NCBI GenBank assembly: GCA_041666145.1
Contig: JBAYHK010000002.1
Coordinates: 64,260-128,259 of the forward strand
Length of the DNA: 64,000 bases
Direction of reading: 5' to 3'
Origin: Patescibacteria group bacterium
GTDB lineage: Bacteria > Patescibacteriota > Patescibacteriia > UBA9934
Both the position numbers and the translations under genes were made by a program. The notes under the pieces were generated by a model. That model was not told where the DNA came from, ran no database searches, and was given only the letters and a program-made list of their open reading frames with translations. Below are positions 56,956-64,000 of the stretch, piece by piece; position 1 is the first letter of the stretch; each line of letters begins with the position of its first letter.

Positions 56956-57327
56956 TTACGCGAGCTTGAGTTCACGTTTGATTAACTGAATGTCGCGCTC
57001 ATGTTCTTGGATCTGAGGAATGAGGCCCTCATCGATAAGCTCGAGGATAGAAGAGAAGCCTTCGTCCATGCGTTTGGTTAATTTTTCTTCAAGAGTCTCC
57101 ATTCTTCGAATCAGTCCAGCTTCCGAAGCTTTAATGAGCGAATGCACTTCATCTCGAATTTCCCTCTTCAAAATGTGATTATTTATCTCAAGCTGTTCAT
57201 GAATCATTCGAGGAACGGTATTCTGAATGATCGCGAGAACAATCGCCGGAACTTCCTTCCGAAGTGACACGCCGAGCACATCCTCAAACATTCCACGAAG
57301 CGTTGTTATGTCCTGCTTGTTCAACAT
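56956..57327 (-). CDS. Small coiled-coil protein, paralog B
   Basis: IRDEVHSLIKASEAGLIRRM...LIDEGLIPQIQEHERDIQLIKRELKLA. Confidence 0.8.
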   Translation of the reverse strand: MLNKQDITTLRGMFEDVLGVSLRKEVPAIVLAIIQNTVPRMIHEQLEINNHILKREIRDEVHSLIKASEAGLIRRMETLEEKLTKRMDEGFSSILELIDEGLIPQIQEHERDIQLIKRELKLA

Positions 57328-57584
57328 ACACAAAACAATTAAGAATCTTCATGGGGAGTAAGTCGATTCTATCACGGCTCTTTTTCCGCATCACTTTCAC
57401 TCATTTTCCTCAACATTCTCAATGTTTTTACGCAAGCTTTTATCCACAATCCCTGCCCTCCATAGCCCATTTTAGCGAAGGAGGGTTTACTTTTCTTGCT
57501 TTTTTTGCTATATTGTAAGTGCAAAACGTCCCTATTTTCTGGGATGTGAGCTCGAACTTCACCGCCAAAAGCAAGGAGCGCACC

Positions 57585-58343
57585 ATGCGCAAATACTGGT
57601 TCATGACCCTTCTGGGTCTGGCCGCCTGTGAAAACGGCGGCGAAGAATGCGACAACTGCACTGCTGCCTGTGAAGACTGCGGGGATGACACGGGCGAAGT
57701 AACGCTCGGAAGTGCCATCGTCAACATCGCGGCAGATCGGCTTGGTACCTCCGAGGTTTGTACCGTAAACCTCACTGGAACCATGAAGACCTACATCGAG
57801 GATGCCGGCGAAGACATCTCCGTCGTTGCGCCCGACGTGTACCAGGCGACTGTAGGCGACATCGCCTTCACGACCCAGTTCGGCTTCCCTGTCCACGTGG
57901 ATGGGAACGACGAATACTGGGCAGCGTCGACCAGAGAAGTCGAAGTGAAAAAGGACGACGTCTTCACCGACTCGTTCATCCTCTTCAACCTCTTCGAGCC
58001 TGGAAACTACTCGTGCTCCTACGATGACTACGCATACGACGGAACATCCGCAAGCCTGAAAGGTGAGTACCGCGAACACCGCGAGTTCGAACCTGTGCAG
58101 GTCTGGGTGGACCAAGTCGGCGTCGTTCACACCGAGGACGAGGAGGACGAGAGCGAAAACTGGGACAGAGTAGGCGGAGCCGATGACTACCTCAGAATCA
58201 TCGGAGATCAGCTCGAGCTCGTACTCGTCGAAGAGGGCTTCAATACCCACCTCATCACGTCCCAGATTGATAACACCAGGTTTTCCATGACTGTCGTTGA
58301 CGAAATACTCAACTACGTCACGGACCTAACTTGCACGAGATAA
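57585..58343 (+). CDS. Acidic putative lipoprotein
   Basis: AAGGAG SD; MRKYWFMTLLGLAAC lipobox; CDNC..CEDC segment; strongly C-ending codons. Confidence 0.75.
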   Translation: MRKYWFMTLLGLAACENGGEECDNCTAACEDCGDDTGEVTLGSAIVNIAADRLGTSEVCTVNLTGTMKTYIEDAGEDISVVAPDVYQATVGDIAFTTQFGFPVHVDGNDEYWAASTREVEVKKDDVFTDSFILFNLFEPGNYSCSYDDYAYDGTSASLKGEYREHREFEPVQVWVDQVGVVHTEDEEDESENWDRVGGADDYLRIIGDQLELVLVEEGFNTHLITSQIDNTRFSMTVVDEILNYVTDLTCTR

Positions 58344-58368
58344 GTGCGAAAGGAGAACGCACAAAAAC

Positions 58369-58406
58369 GCATCGGAGCCATCCCACGGGACGGCTCCGAT
58401 GTTGCA
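58369..58406. terminator. Terminator hairpin between convergent genes
   Basis: CATCGGAGCC...GGCTCCGATG arms. Confidence 0.7.
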
Positions 58407-58407
58407 T

Positions 58408-61400
58408 TTATGGCGTAACAATTATCGTGCCGTCATAGTAAACCCACGGATCAACTCCTAGAGCAGAATTACCATCTGGATAATACGAATAGGCACACTC
58501 ACTTCTAGGTTCGCCTATATCACTCAATCCATAATCCGTTCCCGCAAAACATCCTCCAGAACTGTCTTCATCAATAGCATTTCCAGTAGTACACGTCCCC
58601 GTGCACCATCCCCAGTTATCTCTCACATGAACACTCGGACGAAAGACGCACTGATTGCCATCTAGAGTACATGGGGCATTATCTATAATTCCATCCTCTC
58701 CACCGTCGTCACAGGTTCCGCCGGTCATGCGGGATGGGTTGCAGGTGTAGATGTGATTGAAACTAAAGTAATTTGGATCACAGCTTTCGCTGCTCATGCC
58801 CCATTCATAATCTGAGTCAGAGGTCGGTTTTTCACAAATTGAAGTTTCTTGTCCGGATTCTAGTCCTCTGTGGTTCTTGTAGAAGTTATTCTCTGAAGAC
58901 GATCCGGAAACATCTGATCCGTCTCCCCAATCAACCATAACGCGGCGGATTGGAAGCTGTTCTTTGTAAGCGGCAGCAAAGAACTTGAGATACGCTCTGT
59001 AGAACATACTCGATTCAATGTCTCCCTCATTTTGATCATTCACCGTAAGAGAATGCGCAGCATCTTCTTCACAATAATCGTTATAGCAACGATCCGTATT
59101 CACGGCCCACACACTTGGAGGGACGCCATATATTGCACGAGAGTCCCATGTAGCTGAACTGACCGTTGTCGGGTCCATGTTTACAGTTCCATCTCCTGGC
59201 GATGCCGACGGCAAGCCATCTTCACCGAAGATTCCATCTGCGAATGTAATGACTTTAAGACTTCGAGCAAAGATGTGATCAAGAATCGTCGAAGGACCAC
59301 CTCCACTACCAACATTCACGAAAGAGGATGAGCGGCTATCTGAGTCATAATCCGTGGCGCTCGTATTCGCATAATTGTAGTATCCGTCAAAAGATATGTA
59401 AGTCGCTGCTTCTGAAGCATTTAAGCCGGCACCCACCTCACTACCTTCAATAGAAGCACAGACCATTCCATCATTCGTAGCATTCGGAGTTCCTGATGCA
59501 TTGTAAAAAGTCCAAGTTACAGAATCATCATCAGAAGAATGCAATCGACATTGGTTAATGTATGACGGAGCTGCGTCACCGTCCCCTAATATTTCACCCA
59601 CCATTTGCGTTGCACCAAATGGCTCATTACTTGTTTCTTTAACATACCCAAACGACGGATAGCTCGACTGGATAAGGCCAAGAGACATCAGCGAGTCTGT
59701 ATTATTCGGATTATAGATTCTATCTGTCCATGCCGTTGCGCCACTCTCACCATCTCCATCAGAAACTTGGGTCATTTCTTTACATCCAAGATACGGCGAG
59801 TAGTGATCTAATCCATTGTAGTCATACCAGCCGCAAGTTCCGCTCGCTGCTCCACAACTACTTTCATCCTGTTCCTTCATCATCCATCCCCAAGATGTAC
59901 TCCAGAATTCAACTCCAGCATATGTATTTGAAAGATATTCGTTGTATTCAACACCATCCGTTGTACAGTTTCTGAGTGCATCAAATGCAGCTTCATATTC
60001 TGTCGCGGTACTAATCCAATATCCATAAAGTGGGTACCCTGATGGAAAGTTACGATCAAGTGTTTCATCATAAAATCTCTCGAGGACCGTCGTTGTGCAA
60101 TCGTCTCCAATTGCATCCTTACTATTAAGCGGAATGCACATGAACGGACAATCATTATCTCCGTCATCACTGCATGCATCATTCAATGACGTTGTCTCGC
60201 CTCCAGAATCTGCGCCCTTATCTGGACCAGCCACCATAACGAAACCAACTGGACACGCAGTATTTTCATTCATGCATTCATATTTGTTCACAGTCTCCGT
60301 GCCGTCCGTTTCCAAACAACCCCAGCTTGTAGTCACGGATGCATACTCGCCTAGCCACGAACAATAATTCGTCTCTTCGAAATATCCTGCTTCAGTATAT
60401 TTCGCATACAAATCAGTTGAACCAGAAAGCTGATCAATAGGAAGCCAGGAGAGACAAGCGTTCAAGTCACGATCACCAAGAATATTTGTCGAGCTATCAC
60501 GCTCCAAACAATATCCTTCCAATCCAAGAACATCATCAATTTGCGTTGGCTTTTCGCAAGTTCCGCTGTCCCCACATGAAGATGTATCTGCACAGAACGA
60601 TCCGTCTAAAGATCCTCCGCTACAAATTCCTTGCGTGTTGCTGATATTTACAGAAGTATCTTCCGAGAAATATCGAATTGTTCCACCGTCACCATACGTA
60701 ATTTTCTTATACGTGCATGAGCAGTCTTCACCAAGCGCACACGACTGAACATTTTCAAAATTCTGAACAAAAGAAACTGGAAGCGCATCAGCAACGGTAT
60801 CTGCATTCCACGAATTAGCGTCATCAATCGTTAGCGGCGAACTATCCGATGGGTCTTGCCATGCAGTAACGATTTCATTTCCAAATGGACTGTTAATCTC
60901 TGGATAGGCACGGCATACAGAAGCCTCAGAGTCATTTATTTCGAATACGCTTCCATTCGGAGTAAGAACGCACTGGTCATACATACAAGTTCCAGCTTTG
61001 AAATTCACTGATGGATACAATATCTGACCACTTCCACATACCGCATTTGGTGACGATGGATTGTAACTATCAATAGCCGCGTCACCTCCATCTGTCGCGC
61101 AAACAGTTCCCAGACACGTCTGTCCAGAAGAACAATCCGCACTAGATGCACAAACCGTAGTAGAACGAGCGTAACAGGTTCCAATCAAACAACTTCCACC
61201 GTCAACACCACAGGCGCTAGTACTAATACACGGCGACCCGGTATTTTCGCAGTAGCCAACAGAACAAGACTCTCCATAATCAACTTCACACGAACCGGCA
61301 ACATATCCCAATCTATATTCACTTTTTGGCGCCTTGCAATATGTACTCCCACCTTCGGAACCGCCACAATCTGCATCATCAGTACATTGGTCGCCATCAA

Positions 61401-64000
61401 ATGTCGTCAAGTACGAGCTTCCAGAACCCTCAGTATCACAAGTAGTAGACGGATTAGCTATGTTTATCTGAGTCAGCTGATCAACGGGCAACAATCCAGG
61501 AATTGCATAACCAGAATAGTCGTCGCCATACCAGGAAACGTCACGACTTGAATATGTACTTTGATCAAGAACGACTGCAGCGCCGTTATCTTTCCATTCG
61601 GAACAGAATGAAGCGTCGCTTGTTCCCGAATATTGCGTGCAAAGATCAACTCCACCACAAACTGTTATATAACTATTTGTTCGTGGATCCCAAGTGGTCT
61701 GAGCGTCAGAACAACTAAGCCACTCGCTGCATTCTCGATCACGGTTCACTTTCAAAACAGAATTTGAATCATTTTCTAAACGCGGCGCCGATCCATAGTC
61801 TCCATATGACGACGCACAGAATCCATTCACTTCAGCACCAGTCTCACTAGCTAACGGACGACAATCGCTGTTTTCATAACACGATCCATCGTAAACGTAT
61901 GAATCTGTTGATCCATTAATGTCGTAATATTCTGCCGCACTGTACCAACAACGATTCGCGCACAAATCCACGGTTGTGCCACTTGGCGTTGTAATTGTAG
62001 AAGTACCATCACAATCTATTGGATCAACAAAGTCATTTTGCCGTGCACCGAACAATGCATCTGCATGAACACTTGCAATATAGGTTGCCGAAGCATTACT
62101 TGTTTTTGCTGGAATCGAAGTGTTGTTAAAAATTCCACAGCCGTCTGTCTGACTAACTTCCCCATTACACTTTTGACTGTCTGGGAGACTATTTTCTTCA
62201 AGCGAATCATTATTCAAATAGTAGTAACTCGTTCCATCGGCGAGGCTATAAAGCTCATCTGTTGTGAGATCTGAAACATCCTGGAACTCACTGCACGTAT
62301 CGTAAGAAGCAAAACATGTACCAACCCAGTTCGCGTAACTATCGTCGCCATTGCGCCAAATGCCCGCTGTATCACCACCAATAATATAGTCGGGGTCACA
62401 CGGATCTTCCGTTCCTGTCTTAAACCATCCCTGATACGTCACATAATCGATGGTGACATCAGTTCGATATTCACACGTCTGATCTTGTGGATCCTTAAAG
62501 TACGACGTCGATCCATTGTTATCTACCCAAGCTTCACAGAAAAGTTCATCCTGCGAGCACAATGAATCTGCGTAATTATCCGGAGTGTTCATTAAATACG
62601 TTGTTGTCCAACTTGCTACTGCGGTGTGATCTTGACTAAATACTGGCAACCCAACTTCCATGCATCCCGCAACATCAGAAGAACACTCAACACTGTCATC
62701 AACAACCAAGAAAACGTCCTTATCCGCTGGAGAAATAACTGTTGAAGCCTGATACGACAAGTGCGAAGGAAGATCCCCAACTGGAACATACCAATCAAGA
62801 TTAAACTCACATTCTTCATCTCCGACACCAATCGTACACAAATATTCGCTTGTGGTATCAAAGCCATCACGATCCGCATTTTGTCCAAAATAACATGGTG
62901 TTGGCTCTGTTACTGCCCCAACAACTGAATATCTTCCAATGTCTCTTGAACAATATGCCCCATAAACTGAAGCATGAATTGCATCAGATTCCTGAGTCAT
63001 GAAATACGCAGAGCAACCAATTTTTGATTCATCACACAATGAACTAAAACTCTTTACGTAAGCTGTCTCACTATTTTGATCTGTATATTCCTGACACCCA
63101 AGCATGTACTGCGGAGACGACGTTCCGCCTTCCGTCGAATCACATTCGGCTGGAGTCACCCATGAATTCTTAATGACCGTAATATTGTCTTCACCTTCGC
63201 GAAGAATGACGTTGTCGATATAGAAAGTAGATCCGCTCACTGGAACAAAGGCCAAAACCGATGCACCGTCTCCGAAATCTGGATAATCATTCGGATCCAT
63301 GTAAATTGGACCGTAAGAATACTGTTGCCAGTTTGTATCAAGCGTAATTACGCCCGAGTCTGGAATAAACGAACTATCGATCGTTGCAGTTCCAGAAGTA
63401 CGCGACGTGTCGAATCCAACAGAGACACTTCCGGATCCCTTTGCCCAGAAACTCAGCACATACGTCTTTCCAGCGAAAAGTTCCTGACTTAACGTTCCAC
63501 AATATGACTCGCCATTCAATAGCGCACACGTTCCACCAAGCACACCGTCTGCTGTTGTAGTACATCCATCTTCAGAAGCACAAACTGTTCCGTCTCCTCC
63601 GATATACGTCCACACAGATTCACCATCAGAGAGAAGCGAATGTCCGTCCGTAGCAATAGACTCATTTGAAAGAGTTACCGTTGTCGCGCTATCTGCATCC
63701 CAATTACTTAAACTTCCTTCCTCGAAATATTCTTCAAATGCTTGACGGCTGTTATTGCTTCGACCGCCAGTATATTCACGGCATCCTGCCTCAGCTTCAG
63801 AACACAAATCACTCTCATCTGCGTACCCGTAATATCTACATTCTGCAGTTATGCTATTAAAGTATCCACCAGATTCCTCACAATTCGCTTCCTGAGTTGC
63901 AACATCCGCACCCACAATGTCGGTCTTTCGATATGTCACACATGCGTCATTCACTGTCACTGTCTTTGTCCATTCTCGATAATGAATATTCCCCTCGGTA
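58408..64000 (-). CDS. Giant Cys-rich extracellular protein, start beyond the window end
   Basis: Frame is open to 64000; CBM4/9-like segment (FEEG...YVLSFWAKG...FYIDNV), many Cys-rich repeats, PKD-like VDWGDGS...HIY near the C-terminus. Confidence 0.85.
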   Translation of the reverse strand, partial: TEGNIHYREWTKTVTVNDACVTYRKTDIVGADVATQEANCEESGGYFNSITAECRYYGYADESDLCSEAEAGCREYTGGRSNNSRQAFEEYFEEGSLSNWDADSATTVTLSNESIATDGHSLLSDGESVWTYIGGDGTVCASEDGCTTTADGVLGGTCALLNGESYCGTLSQELFAGKTYVLSFWAKGSGSVSVGFDTSRTSGTATIDSSFIPDSGVITLDTNWQQYSYGPIYMDPNDYPDFGDGASVLAFVPVSGSTFYIDNVILREGEDNITVIKNSWVTPAECDSTEGGTSSPQYMLGCQEYTDQNSETAYVKSFSSLCDESKIGCSAYFMTQESDAIHASVYGAYCSRDIGRYSVVGAVTEPTPCYFGQNADRDGFDTTSEYLCTIGVGDEECEFNLDWYVPVGDLPSHLSYQASTVISPADKDVFLVVDDSVECSSDVAGCMEVGLPVFSQDHTAVASWTTTYLMNTPDNYADSLCSQDELFCEAWVDNNGSTSYFKDPQDQTCEYRTDVTIDYVTYQGWFKTGTEDPCDPDYIIGGDTAGIWRNGDDSYANWVGTCFASYDTCSEFQDVSDLTTDELYSLADGTSYYYLNNDSLEENSLPDSQKCNGEVSQTDGCGIFNNTSIPAKTSNASATYIASVHADALFGARQNDFVDPIDCDGTSTITTPSGTTVDLCANRCWYSAAEYYDINGSTDSYVYDGSCYENSDCRPLASETGAEVNGFCASSYGDYGSAPRLENDSNSVLKVNRDRECSEWLSCSDAQTTWDPRTNSYITVCGGVDLCTQYSGTSDASFCSEWKDNGAAVVLDQSTYSSRDVSWYGDDYSGYAIPGLLPVDQLTQINIANPSTTCDTEGSGSSYLTTFDGDQCTDDADCGGSEGGSTYCKAPKSEYRLGYVAGSCEVDYGESCSVGYCENTGSPCISTSACGVDGGSCLIGTCYARSTTVCASSADCSSGQTCLGTVCATDGGDAAIDSYNPSSPNAVCGSGQILYPSVNFKAGTCMYDQCVLTPNGSVFEINDSEASVCRAYPEINSPFGNEIVTAWQDPSDSSPLTIDDANSWNADTVADALPVSFVQNFENVQSCALGEDCSCTYKKITYGDGGTIRYFSEDTSVNISNTQGICSGGSLDGSFCADTSSCGDSGTCEKPTQIDDVLGLEGYCLERDSSTNILGDRDLNACLSWLPIDQLSGSTDLYAKYTEAGYFEETNYCSWLGEYASVTTSWGCLETDGTETVNKYECMNENTACPVGFVMVAGPDKGADSGGETTSLNDACSDDGDNDCPFMCIPLNSKDAIGDDCTTTVLERFYDETLDRNFPSGYPLYGYWISTATEYEAAFDALRNCTTDGVEYNEYLSNTYAGVEFWSTSWGWMMKEQDESSCGAASGTCGWYDYNGLDHYSPYLGCKEMTQVSDGDGESGATAWTDRIYNPNNTDSLMSLGLIQSSYPSFGYVKETSNEPFGATQMVGEILGDGDAAPSYINQCRLHSSDDDSVTWTFYNASGTPNATNDGMVCASIEGSEVGAGLNASEAATYISFDGYYNYANTSATDYDSDSRSSSFVNVGSGGGPSTILDHIFARSLKVITFADGIFGEDGLPSASPGDGTVNMDPTTVSSATWDSRAIYGVPPSVWAVNTDRCYNDYCEEDAAHSLTVNDQNEGDIESSMFYRAYLKFFAAAYKEQLPIRRVMVDWGDGSDVSGSSSENNFYKNHRGLESGQETSICEKPTSDSDYEWGMSSESCDPNYFSFNHIYTCNPSRMTGGTCDDGGEDGIIDNAPCTLDGNQCVFRPSVHVRDNWGWCTGTCTTGNAIDEDSSGGCFAGTDYGLSDIGEPRSECAYSYYPDGNSALGVDPWVYYDGTIIVTP

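Larger units (their letters stand above)
56310..57378 (-). repeat. Identical 38-bp direct repeat (56310-56347 and 57341-57378) containing an extended -10
   Basis: Minus-strand GCCGTGATAGAATCGACTTACTCCCCATGAAGATTCTT upstream of both paralogs. Confidence 0.9.

Noticed and set aside
55954-57170. Diversity-generating retroelement TR/VR pair
   Set aside because: Differences between the two copies are mainly synonymous third-position changes of all base types, not adenine-specific, and no reverse transcriptase is in the window.
57372-58250. 292-aa minus-strand ORF (and the similar one at 23403-24035)
   Set aside because: Antisense shadows of GC3-rich plus-strand genes that have SD motifs and signal peptides.

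Overview
Chromosomal segment of a bacterium using genetic code 11. Gene content and style strongly suggest Patescibacteria/CPR, probably Parcubacteria/Uhrbacteria-like; this is an inference from the homodimeric GlyRS, short Rel, PrgI/VirB4/VirB6-like locus beside comF and dprA, pilin-domain fusion, giant Cys-rich protein and SD-less core genes. Core genes: pheT-pheS-rseP, murD2-murL-PMM-like HAD, lemA-htpX-clpC, dsbA, radA, recG, zur-znuACB, comF, dprA, topA, rel, parAB, glyQS, and tRNA-Arg(GCG), tRNA-Ser(GCT) and tRNA-fMet. Most notable observations: (1) two tandem GC-rich, highly structured units without long ORFs at 6385-7510 (minus strand), candidate new ncRNAs; (2) two classes of translation signal, with leaderless or short-leader core genes versus isolated SD-led, C/G-ending-codon orphan genes, several of them exported; (3) the comF / T4SS-like / dprA block bracketed by an 80% identical inverted repeat that starts with a Zur-box-like palindrome; (4) a zeta (CDCA-like) carbonic anhydrase candidate at the end of the zur-znu operon; (5) the MurD2/MurL peptidoglycan route, with a palindromic element inserted in frame in murD; (6) a duplicated promoter plus coiled-coil gene unit flanking an HD-hydrolase gene. 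No CRISPR array, rRNA, integrase or transposase was seen. All protein calls come from motif recognition by eye, not database searches.
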